Source of the DNA: Macrostomum hystrix
Taxonomy: Eukaryota; Animalia; Platyhelminthes
Length of the DNA: 64,000 nucleotides
Assembly: GCA_950097015.1 (NCBI GenBank)
Contig: CATNEN010000038.1
Coordinates: forward strand, 1,178,001-1,242,000
Direction: 5' to 3'
This document shows, piece by piece, positions 1-11,400 of the stretch. Within the stretch, counting starts at the first letter, position 1. Each line of letters begins with the position of its first letter. The notes under the pieces were generated by a model. That model was not told the DNA's origin and did not search any database. It saw only the letters and a list, made by a program, of their open reading frames with translations. Both the position numbers and the translations under genes were made by a program.

Positions 1-2035
1 CTCTCAGTTACTACTCGCACTGATTCTAGTCACTCTCAGTTACTACTCGCACTGATTCTAGTCACTCTCAGTTACTACTCGCACTGATTCTAGTCACTCT
101 CAGTTACTACTCGCACTGATTCTAGTCACTCTCAGTTACTACTCGCACTGATTCTAGTCACTCTCAGTTACTACTCGCACTGATTCTAGTCACTCTCAGT
201 TACTACTCGCACTGATTCTAGTCACTCTCAGTTACTACTCGCACTGATTCTAGTCACTCTCAGTTACTACTCGCACTGATTCTAGTCACTCTCAGTTACT
301 ACTCGCACTGATTCTAGTCACTCTCAGTTACTACTCGCACTGATTCTAGTCACTCTCAGTTACTACTCGCACTGATTCTAGTCACTCTCAGTTACTACTC
401 GCACTGATTCTAGTCACTCTCAGTTACTACTCGCACTGATTCTAGTCACTCTCAGTTACTACTCGCACTAAATCTAGTCACTCTCAGTTACTACTCGCAC
501 TGATTCTAGTCACTCTCAGTTACTACTCGCACTGATTCTAGTCACTCTCAGTTACTACTCGCACTGATTCTAGTCACTCTCAGTTACTACTCGCACTGAT
601 TCTAGTCACTCTCAGTTACTACTCGCACTGATTCTAGTCACTCTCAGTTACTACTCGCACTGATTCTAGTCACTCTCAGTTACTACTCGCACTGATTCTA
701 GTCACTCTCAGTTACTACTCGCACTGATTCTAGTCACTCTCAGTTACTACTCGCACTGATTCTAGTCACTCTCAGTTACTACTCGCACTGATTCTAGTCA
801 CTCTCAGTTACTACTCGCACTGATTCTAGTCACTCTCAGTTACTACTCGCACTGATTCTAGTCACTCTCAGTTACTACTCGCACTGATTCTAGTCACTCT
901 CAGTTACTACTCGCACTGATTCTAGTCACTCTCAGTTACTACTCGCACTGATTCTAGTCACTCTCAGTTACTACTCGCACTGATTCTAGTCACTCTCAGT
1001 TACTACTCGCACTGATTCTAGTCACTCTCAGTTACTACTCGCACTGATTCTAGTCACTCTCAGTTACTACTCGCACTGATTCTAGTCACTCTCAGTTACT
1101 ACTCGCACTGATTCTAGTCACTCTCAGTTACTACTCGCACTGATTCTAGTCACTCTCAGTTACTACTCGCACTGATTCTAGTCACTCTCAGTTACTACTC
1201 GCACTGATTCTAGTCACTCTCAGTTACTACTCGCACTGATTCTAGTCACTCTCAGTTACTACTCGCACTGATTCTAGTCACTCTCAGTTACTACTCGCAC
1301 TGATTCTAGTCACTCTCAGTTACTACTCGCACTGATTCTAGTCACTCTCAGTTACTACTCGCACTGATTCTAGTCACTCTCAGTTACTACTCGCACTGAT
1401 TCTAGTCACTCTCAGTTACTACTCGCACTGATTCTAGTCACTCTCAGTTACTACTCGCACTGATTCTAGTCACTCTCAGTTACTACTCGCACTGATTCTA
1501 GTCACTCTCAGTTACTACTCGCACTGATTCTAGTCACTCTCAGTTACTACTCGCACTGATTCTAGTCACTCTCAGTTACTACTCGCACTGATTCTAGTCA
1601 CTCTCAGTTACTACTCGCACTGATTCTAGTCACTCTCAGTTACTACTCGCACTGATTCTAGTCACTCTCAGTTACTACTCGCACTGATTCTAGTCACTCT
1701 CAGTTACTACTCGCACTGATTCTAGTCACTCTCAGTTACTACTCGCACTGATTCTAGTCACTCTCAGTTACTACTCGCACTGATTCTAGTCACTCTCAGT
1801 TACTACTCGCACTGATTCTAGTCACTCTCAGTTACTACTCGCACTGATTCTAGTCACTCTCAGTTACTACTCGCACTGATTCTAGTCACTCTCAGTTACT
1901 ACTCGCACTGATTCTAGTCACTCTCAGTTACTACTCGCACTGATTCTAGTCACTCTCAGTTACTACTCGCACTGATTCTAGTCACTCTCAGTTACTACTC
2001 GCACTGATTCTAGTCACTCTCAGTTACTACTCGCA
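1..2035. repeat. 32-bp tandem minisatellite (CTCTCAGTTACTACTCGCACTGATTCTAGTCA), >60 near-perfect copies, runs off left edge
   Basis: Directly visible 32-bp period; only one variant unit seen (~470). Confidence 0.98.
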
Positions 2036-2352
2036 TCAGATAGCCTGCAGAACAGTCTTTGCTTGTGCCATGTGCATTGTAAGCCTTGTGCCTTGCCCAC
2101 AATAACTTCGCACGGAGAAAGGTGCCAAAAGGTGCTGCACAGCGGTCTGAATAAACATGACCAGCCACAGAGGGTGGCACATGGATACGCAGTTTTAGAA
2201 GTGTCAATGCGACCTGAAAATAGCCAATAAATTGAATGACGCCCACACAAACTAACTGCCTGATTCACTCGCGGCAATGCTTTAGGCGACTTACGTAATT
2301 TCTAATTTTAGATTGAGCGGCCGCAGGTTACAAAAGGAACCGGCCTTAGAAA

Positions 2353-2391
2353 TACTAACCATTGGCTTTCTCTTGCTTATTTACATTGCAG
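2353..2391 (+). promoter_or_regulatory. Branch point TACTAAC + pyrimidine tract + TTGCAG acceptor just upstream of the IL-17-like ATG (5'UTR intron or trans-splice site)
   Basis: TACTAAC at 2353-2359, T-rich tract, AG at 2390-2391, ATG at 2397. Confidence 0.55.
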
Positions 2392-2396
2392 TTGCA

Positions 2397-3868
2397 ATGA
2401 GTTCCGATTTGCTCGCTCATTTAGCGTTAGCATTCCTGTTGCTAAGCAACTGTTGCTTAGGCACTTCAGATGACATTCCAAACGATCAACGAATCTTTCG
2501 CGAAGTTCGCCGCAATGAGATTTACTGCGAGGACAATGTGCCTCCGCACGAATGCGAGGGCCATGGTGGCGCTGACGACTGCTATCTGGCTGAGGTCAAA
2601 AACAACATTCCAGCCTTCGACGACAGCAGCATCATCAGGAGCGATGACTGGCAGCGCATGAAGCAGAGTTTGCAGGTACGCGACCGGGAATCCGCACAGG
2701 CGCTGGTGGAATCGAAGCTAGGATAAGGGAGTAGGCTCAACAGATAAGGAATCGACTCTAGTTTTAGGGGAGTCGAATCTAGGTTTAGGGAAACCGTATT
2801 TAGGTTTAGTGGAATCGTATCTAGGTTTAGTGGAATCGTATCCAGGTTTAGGGGAATCGAATCTAGGTTTAGTGAAATCGAATCTAGGTTTAGGGGAATC
2901 GAATCTAGGTTTAGGGGAATCGAATCTAGGTTTAGTGGAATCGAATCTAGGTTTAGGGGAATCGTATCTAGGTTTAGGGGAATCGTATCTAGGTTTAGGG
3001 GAATCGAATCTAGGTTTAGGGGAATCGAATCTAGGTTTAGTGGAATCGTATCTAGGTTTAGGGGAATCGAATCTAGGTTTAGGGGAATCGAATCTAGGTT
3101 TAGGGGAATCGAATCTAGGTTTAGTGGAATCGAATCTAGGTTTAGGGAATCGTATCTAAGTTTAGTAGAATCGAATCTAGGAATAGGGAATCGTATCTAG
3201 GTTTAGGGGAATCGAATCTAGGTTTAGGGAATCGTATCTAGGTTTAGGGGAATCGGGGTTATCTAGGAATCGTCTCAGGGTTATTTACGAATAGTCTCAG
3301 GGATTTCTGGGAATCGTCTTAGGGATTTCTGGGAATCGTCTTAGGGATATCTGGGAATCGTCTTAGGGATATCTGGGAATCGTCTTAGGGATATCTGGGA
3401 ATTGTCCTAGGGATATCTGGGCATCGTCCTAGGGATATCTGGGAATTGTGCTATTCTTATTTATTCGTGAATTCTAGGAAATCTTTCCCATCTTGCAACC
3501 CCTCACAGACCCTGGCCAGGGAGTCCCTACTTCGAGACAGTTACCCGGCAGTTTTTAACGACTCGATCATTGAGCCTCTGTCAGGAATGCGCGATCGGTA
3601 CTGCCCCGTTGACTACAGGCTGGACATTACCAGAAATAGATTTCCTCAGCTCATAGTTCACGCCGATTGTCTGCATAGCAACGGTTGCCTTGGCCAAGCG
3701 CATAACTGTGTCTGCAAGGCGGTTATGCAATACAGGCAGGTGTACATGCGACTGCCGCTTGGCTGTCGCTTAGCAACTGAAGAAACTGGAGTTGGCAGCA
3801 CCGCATTGTTTGTCAAAGCATTCGTTAATGTCACCGTGAACTGCATCCCAATAAAGTTTGTGGACTGA
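2397..3868 (+). CDS. Secreted IL-17-family (cystine-knot) cytokine-like protein, 2 coding exons, ~212 aa
   Basis: Exons 2397-2675 (ATG, hydrophobic signal peptide LLAHLALAFLLLSNCCLG, donor CAG|GTACGC) and 3509-3868 (acceptor CCTCACAG, phase 0). Exon 2 has IL-17-like motifs R-Y-CPVDYRLDITRNRFPQLIVHADC...GC...C..V...VNVTVNC. Confidence 0.75.
2745..3445. repeat. Intronic compound minisatellite: ~21-bp GAATCGAATCTAGGTTTAGGG(G) array followed by ~22-bp GGGAATCGTCTTAGGGATATCT array
   Basis: Visible periodicity; fills the IL-17-like intron (2676-3508). Confidence 0.95.
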
Positions 3869-4119
3869 AACAAAAAACTAGCACAATAATGAGTCCTTGT
3901 CCTTGAGCTCTTGTTTTTACTGCCAATGCCGCTATTTACTTTAAAACTCACTTGAATTGATTCCTTGAATACCTTCACTGCTGCCATCGATTACTCGAAT
4001 TGAGGTGTTTATTTTGTTCAGCTTTTCGCTGCTTTCCTCTTACTCTTCATCCTACCCTGGTATTCACGCTGCTAGTCTGGACTCATTGGCTGTCCCTTCT
4101 CTCCCATCTCTCCATCTTT

Positions 4120-5190
4120 ATCTTCCTCTCTCCTCTCTTCCCTCTATCCCCCTCTCTTCCCTCTTTCCCCTCTCTTCCCTCTATCCCCCTCTCTTCCCTC
4201 TATCCCCTCTCTTCCCTCAATCCCCCTCTCTTCCCTCTATCCCCCTCTCTTCACTCTATCCCCCTCTCTTCCCTCTATCCGCCTCTCTTCCCTCTATCCC
4301 CTCTCTTCCCTCTATCCCCCTCTCTTCCCTCTATCCCCTCTCTTCCCTCTATCCCCCTCTCTACCCTCTATCCCCCCTCTTCCCTCTATCCCCCCTCTTC
4401 CCTCTTTCCCCTCTCTTCCCTCTATCCCCTCTCTTCCCTCTATCCCCCTCTCTTCCCTCTATCCCCTCTCTTCCCTCTATCCCCCTCTCTTCCCTCTATC
4501 CCGTCTCTTCCCTCTATCCCCCTCTCTTCCCTCTTTCCCCTCTCTTCCCTCTATCCCCTCTCTTCCCTCTATCCCCCTCTCTTCCCTCTATCCCCTCTCT
4601 TCCCTCTATCCCCCTCTCTTCCCTCTATCCCCTCTCTTCCCTCTATCCCTCTCTTCCCTCTATCCCCCTCTCTTCCCTCTATCCCCTCTCTTCCCTCTAT
4701 CCCCCTCTCTTCCCTCTATCCCCTCTCTTCCCTCTATCCCTCTCTTCCCTCTATCCCCCTCTCTTCCCTCTATCCCCCCTCTTCCCTCTATCCTCTCTCT
4801 TCCCTCTATCCCCCTCTCTTCCCTCTATCCCCCTCTCTTCCCTCTATCCCCCCTCTTCCCTCTATCCCCATCTCTTCCCTCTATCCCCCTCTCTACCCTC
4901 TATCCCCCCTCTTCCCTCTATCCCCCTCTCTTCCCTCTATCCCCCTCTCTACCCTCTATCCCCCCTCTTCCCTCTATCCCCCTCTCTTCCCTCTATCCGC
5001 CTCTCTTCCCTCTATCCCTCTCTTCCCTCTATCCCCCTCTCTTCCCTCCATCCCTACACTTCTTCCTCTCTTCCTTCTCTCCACTCCTTCTCTCCACTGC
5101 TCTCCTCTCCACTCTGCCCTCTCTCTTTCTCTATCCACTTCTCTTCTTCCCTCTGTGCCTTTCTCTTCCTTTTCTTCCCCTCACTTTCGG
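4120..5190. repeat. CT-rich ~19-21-bp minisatellite (CTCTCTTCCCTCTATCCCC)
   Basis: Visible; explains spurious P/S/L-rich ORFs 4000-5222. Confidence 0.95.
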
Positions 5191-5491
5191 CTCTCCACCT
5201 AAACTGTCTGTCTGGCTCTTAACAGTTTCATCAGTTTTCAGTATTAACAGTGAGCTTAGCCTCTTCGACTCTGGCTTTGCATATTCTGGTGAAAAATGCC
5301 GCGAGTTCAATATGTTTTCTCCAGGCACTGTTAGATAGCTGCATTGGATTGTGAAAATTCAATTTTTGTGTCACGCCTGTAAAGCTCTAGCACTATAAAA
5401 AAGTAGATTTTATTCCGGCATAATTTGGTTCGCTTCATTTTTGTTCACAAATTTTTAACTTCGAAAACAGAAACTGTTAGGCATCAGCCGC

Positions 5492-7915
5492 ACCTGTTAG
5501 ACAGATCGAAAACGTGTTAGACAGATCTAAAACCTGTTAGACAGATCTAAAACCTGTTAGACAGATCTAAAACCTGTTAGACAGATTTAAAACCTGATAG
5601 ACAGATCTAAAACCTGCTAGACAGATCTAAAACCTGTTAGACAGATCTAAAACCTGTTAGACAGATCTAAAACCTGCTAGACAGATCTAAAACCTGTTAG
5701 ACAGATCTAAAACCTGTTAGACAGATCTAAAACCTGCTAGACAGATCTAAAACCTGTTAGACAGATCTAAAACCTGTTAGACAGATCTAAAACCTGTTAG
5801 ACAGATCTAAAACCTGTTAGACGGATCTAAAACCTGTTAGACAGATCTAAAACCTGCTAGACAGATCTAAAACCTGTTAGACCGATCTAAATCTGTTAGA
5901 CAGATCTAAAACCTGCTAGACAGATCTAAAACCTGTTAGACAGATCTAAAACCTGTTAGACAGAGGCTACACCTGCTTGACAGATCTAAAGACCTGTTAG
6001 ACAGATCGAAAACCTGTTAGACAGATCTAAAACCTGTTAGACAGATCTAAAACCTGCTAGACAGATCTAAAACCTGTTAGACAGATCTAAAACCTGCTAG
6101 ACAGATCTAAAACCTGCTAGACAGATCTAAAACCTGTTAGACAGATCTAAAACCTGTTAGACAGTTCTAAAACCTGTTAGACAGATCTAAAACCTGTTAG
6201 ACAGATCTAAAACCTGTTAGACAGATCTAAAACCTGTTAGACAGATCTAAAACCTGTTAGACAGATCTGAAACCTGCTAGACAGATCTAAAACCTGTTAA
6301 GACAGATCTAAAACCTGTTAGACAGATCTAAAACCTGTTAGACCGATCTAAAACCTGTTAAGACAGATCTGAAACCTGTTAGACAGATCTAAAACCTGCT
6401 AGACAGATCTAAAACCTGTTAGACAGATCTAAAACCTGTTAGACAGATCTAAAACCTGTTAGACAGATCTAAAACCTGCTAGACAGATCTAAAACCTGTT
6501 AGACAGATCTAAAACCTGTTAGACAGATCCAAAACCTGTTAGACAGATCTAAAACCTGTTAGACAGATCTGAAACCTGTTAGACCGATCTAAATCTGTTA
6601 GACAGATCTAAAACCTGCTTGACAGATCTAAAATTTGTTAGACAGATCTAAAACCTGTTAGACAGAGGCTTCACCTGCTTGACAGATCTAAAACCTGTTA
6701 GACAGAGGCTTCACCTGCTTGACAGATCTAAAACCTGTTAGACAGATCTAAAACCTGTTAGACAGATCTAAAACCTGTTAGACCGATCTAAAACCTGTTA
6801 GACAGATCTAAAACCTGCTTGACAGATCTAAAACCTGCTAGACAGATCTGAAACCTGTTAGACAGATCTAAAACCTGCTAGACAGATCTAAAACCTGTTA
6901 GACAGATCTAAAACCTGTTAGACAGAACTAAAACCTGTTAGACAGATCTAAAACCTGCTAGACAGATCTAAAACCGGTTAGACAGATCTAAAACCTGTTA
7001 GACAGATCTAAACCTGTTAGACAGATCTAAAACCTGTTAGACAGATCTAAAACCTGTTAGACAGATCTAAAACCTGTTAGACAGATCTAAAACCTGTTAG
7101 ACAGATCTGAAACCTGCTAGACAGATCTAAAACCTGCTAGACAGATCTAAAACCTGTTAGACAGATCTAAAACCTGTTAGACAGAGGCTTCACCTGCTTG
7201 ACAGATCTAAAACCTGTTAGACAGATCTAAAACCTGTTAGACAGATCTAAAACCTGCTAGATAGATCTAAAACCTGTTAGACAGATCTAAAACCTGCTAG
7301 ACAGATCTAAAACCTGCTAGACAGTTCTAAAACTTGCTAGACAGATCTAAAACCTGTTAGACAGAGGCTTCACCTGCTTGACAGATCTAAAACCTGTTAG
7401 ACAGATCTAAAACCTGCTAGACAGATCTAAAACCTGTTAGACAGAGGCTTCACCTGCTTGACAGATCTAAAACCTGTTAGACAGATCTAAAACCTGCTAG
7501 ACAGATCTAAAACCTGCTAGACAGATCTAAAACCTGTTAGACAGATCTAAAACCTGCTAGACAGATCTAAAACCTGCTAGACAGATCTAAAACCTGTTAG
7601 ACAGATCTAAAACCTGTTAGACAGATCTAAAACCTGTTAGACAGATCCAAAACCTGCTAGACAGATCTAAAACCTGTTAGACAGATCTAAAACCTGCTAG
7701 ACAGATCTAAAACCTGTTAAGACAGATCTAAAACCTGTTAGACAGATCTAAAACCTGCTAGACAGATCTAAAACCTGCTAGACAGATCTAAAACCTGTTA
7801 GACAGATCTGAAACCTGTTAGACAGATCTAAAACCTGTTAGACAGATCCAAAACCTGCTAGACAGATCTAAAACCTGCTAGACAGATCCAAAACCTGTTT
7901 GACCGAACTGAAACC
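5492..7915. repeat. 20-bp tandem minisatellite (ACCTGTTAGACAGATCTAAA), ~120 copies
   Basis: Visible 20-bp period with recurring variants (GCTAG, GAGGCTTCACCTGCTTG). Confidence 0.98.
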
Positions 7916-8438
7916 TGTCAAACAGTTCCTGCAGTGCATTTTTGCCAATCTTATACGCGATATAAGGTATGTAAAAGGTATCTGTGAAAAGATATATGTT
8001 AAATCGGATGCATGAGATGATCAAGCAGCCGCGCATTGTTTTTTCGAAATCACGAGTCATTGAAGACAAATCAACAGACAGGTATTTTTATAAACTAAAA
8101 GATTTTAAAATCATTCCATGAAGCGGGCAATCTGCGATCTAAATAATGTCGTTAGTGGTTTGGATGGAAATTTTTTCAGTTACTTTGCGCCTTACTTTCA
8201 GTAGCGTGAATAGCATGTGCTCGAGAATATAATTTATGGTGTTAAAAATGTGAAAATCGTTAAATTGAAGCGTAAAATAATAGACTGTCTTAAAAATAGT
8301 AAAGTAGCCTGTTTAACGTATAGATTGTTTAATGAACAGGGCGATGTCCGCTCTCTCTCTCGAAATTATTTGCCTTGTATTGATTCGCTCAGTTAGCTGT
8401 CAGTCAACTCTTTGGCAGCGGATTGGCCAGATTGATGT

Positions 8439-11400
8439 CTACAGCGATCTCGGTTCGAAAGCTAGAAAAAAGTTTTACGGGGGAAAACAATACTTCTATT
8501 TTCTATATCGATACAAGTTGGTAGATTACGTCACACCTGTCTACCCTCTCTCCCACTTCCTGTATCCCACTCCGTCTACCGTCTCTCCCACTTCCTGTCT
8601 ACCGTCTCTCCCCCTGTCTACCCCTCTCCAACTCCCTGTCTACCGTCTCTCCCACTTCCTGTATCCCACTCCGTCTACCGTCTCTCCCCCTTCCTGTCTA
8701 CCGTCTCTCACCCTGTCTACCCCTCTCCAACTCCCTGTCTACCGTCTCTCCCCCTGTCTACCCCTCTCCCACTCCCTGTCTACCGTCTCTCCCACTTCCT
8801 GTCTACCGTCTCTCCCCCTGTCTACCCCTCTCCCACTCCCTGTCTACCGTCTCTCCCACTTCCTGTCTACCGTCTCTCCCACTGTCTACCCCTCTCACAC
8901 TCCCTGTCTACCGTCTCTCCCACTTTTCCTGTCTACCGCCTCTCCCACTTTTCCTGTCTACCGCCTCTCCCACTTTTCCTGTCTACCGTCTCTCCCACTT
9001 TTCCTGTCTACCGCCTCTCCCACTTTTCCTGTCTACCGTCTCTCCCACTTCCTGTCTACCGTCTCTCCCCCTTCCTGTCTACCGTCCCTCCCACTTCCTG
9101 TCTACCGTCTCTCCCCGTTCCTGTCTACCGTCTCTCCCCCTTCCTGTCTACCGTCTCTCCCACTTCCTGTCTACCGTCTCTCCCCCTTCCTGTCTACCGT
9201 CTCTCCCCCTTCCTGTCTACCGTCTCTCCCACTTCCTGTCTACCGTCTCTCCCACTTTTCATGTCTACCGTCTCTGCCACTTCCTGTCTACCGTCTCTCC
9301 CCCTTCCTGTCTACCGTCTCTCCCCCTTCCTGTCTACCGTGTCTCCCACTTCCTGTCTACCGTCTCTCCCACTTCCTGTCTACCGTCTCTCCCCCTTCCT
9401 GTCTACCGTCTCTCCCCCTTCCTGTCTACCGTCTCTCGCCTTTCTAGCCTCTCTCCCCTCTCAACCCTCTCTCTACTGTCAACCTGCTCTCCCCTGTCTA
9501 CCCTCTCCCCCTGTCTATCCTTTCTCCCCCTGTTTACCCTCTCTCCCCCGTCTCCCTCACCTTTGCCAATAGCTGCCCCAATGGTGATCTCCAGCAGGGT
9601 CGTGTACTCAGCTTCAATGTCGATAATGTCGCTCATGCTGTCAGGTATGTTGGACTGAGCTTGCTCAATCACCTGCCGTTAATATGGAAAATGTCAGTGC
9701 TCAAAGAGATTTCAGCATCAATCAAAGCTGTGTTAATTCTATTCGGTGAGCACAATGCCTTGAGATTATCGCGAAAAAGTTTTTCGCTTTTTTCTCCTCT
9801 TGGTTTAAAGGTCATTAAACATAACGGTGGACTTTGGAAAATTGTTTACTGAAATCTCTCCAGGTAAATCTCGAAAACTAAATCTCGAAAAGGAAATCCT
9901 AGAGGTAAATATTTACAGGGAAAACCGAGAGGTACATACGAGCGTATCCATAGGGAAATCCTAGAGAGAAATCTCGAAAGGAAAATCTTAGCAGAAAATA
10001 TCGAAAAGGGAAATCCTAGAGGTAAATCTCGAAAAGGGAAATCCTAGAAGTAAATCTCGAAAAGGGAAGTCCTAGAGGTAAATCTCGAAAAGGGAAATCC
10101 TAGAGGTAAATCTCGAAAAGGGAAATCCTAGAGGTAAATCTCGAAAAGGGAAATCCTAGAGGTAAATCTCGAAAAGGGAAATCCTAGAGGTAAATCTCGA
10201 AAAGGGAAATCCTAGAGGTAAATCTCGAAAAGGGAAATCCCACAGGAAAATCTCGAAAAGGGAAATCCCAGAGGTAAATCTCGAAAAGGGAAATCCTAGA
10301 GGTAAAACTCGAAGGTAAATCTCGAAAAGGGAACTCCTAGAATGAAGTCTCGAACGGGAATCTCGAAAGGGAAACCCCGCAGGAAAGTCTAGATTTTTCT
10401 CGATCGCGAGTAAAGTCTAGCAGAAGCAGCTCACCGGGCCAGTGTGCTCTTTAGTCAGCTCTTTGAGCTTGCCTAGTAGCAAGTCGACAAACATCTCGCT
10501 AACGAAGCTCTTCTGCAGTGTCGCGGCATCGGCCTTGGCCTTGGCCACAACGCCCTGCACCAGCAACTCGACCGGCACCGGAGCTGCAGTCTTGGCGGCC
10601 GCGTCCTGGCTGGTGAAAGCCATGGCGTCGAGCAGTTCAAGCAGTGACTGGCGCCATTTCACAGCGTATTCGCTGGCGTCCAGACTCTCCAAGGCGCCGC
10701 CGCAATTTCGTTTCGCCGTTGCTAGAATCTCCTCAAGACTGGACTTGGCCTTGTTGATTCGATCCGTTTTTGTACTGTCTCGAGTGAGCTGGTCTAGGCT
10801 GGCGATGACATCAGCCGATAGCTAGGAAATTTGACCGACCAGTTGATAAGAGGAGTTGATGAAAGGTCATTATGGGAAGCGTTAATGATTGTCCGGTGCT
10901 GTCTAAGATGGCTAGGGTGCTGCGCATAAGGAGTGCCCAATCAAGATTATGATTTGTTTGGGGTGGTGGGTCCGTGAGGGGTGGTCGTGCGCTGATATTG
11001 GACTGACTGGCCAATGGAAACAGATGCATTTGGGGTGGGTGGCTCAGTGAGGGGTGGCACGCGCAGATTTGGCTGACTGGCATTTGGGGCAGGTGGGTCA
11101 GAGGGTACTGCAGTCTGACGCAATGACCTTCGAAGAAGACACGTGCTTGATAGGATGAGCTGGCGATAGACTGACTCCAAGGGAGGGAATGTCAAAACAA
11201 GTGTTTGGGGTAGGCATGAGTGTGGCTGTTGAGGAAAAACATTTGATTTCAATGTATAATTCAAATTTATATCCAACCGGTCCTTCGATAGAAGATCCGG
11301 TCAGCTGCTCTTTGGCTTCCTTCTCGTAGATCTCTAGCACAGCGACAACTCCCTTGGAGAGCTAAAGAAAAAGCATTCAAATTTCTAAGCCGAATTTATC

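Noticed and set aside
2745-3260. True telomere or interstitial telomeric tract
   Set aside because: TTTAGGG is only part of a 21-bp unit, not a contiguous telomeric repeat.
4000-5222. 400-aa P/S/L-rich ORFs (also 8332-9447, 20764-23313, 34647-36440, 48090-48782, 53047-53799)
   Set aside because: Stop-free translations of CT-rich minisatellites, open in several frames, with no domain features.
5131-5340. Minus-strand exon with faint SEA-domain-like pattern
   Set aside because: No phase-compatible neighbouring exons found; similarity too weak.
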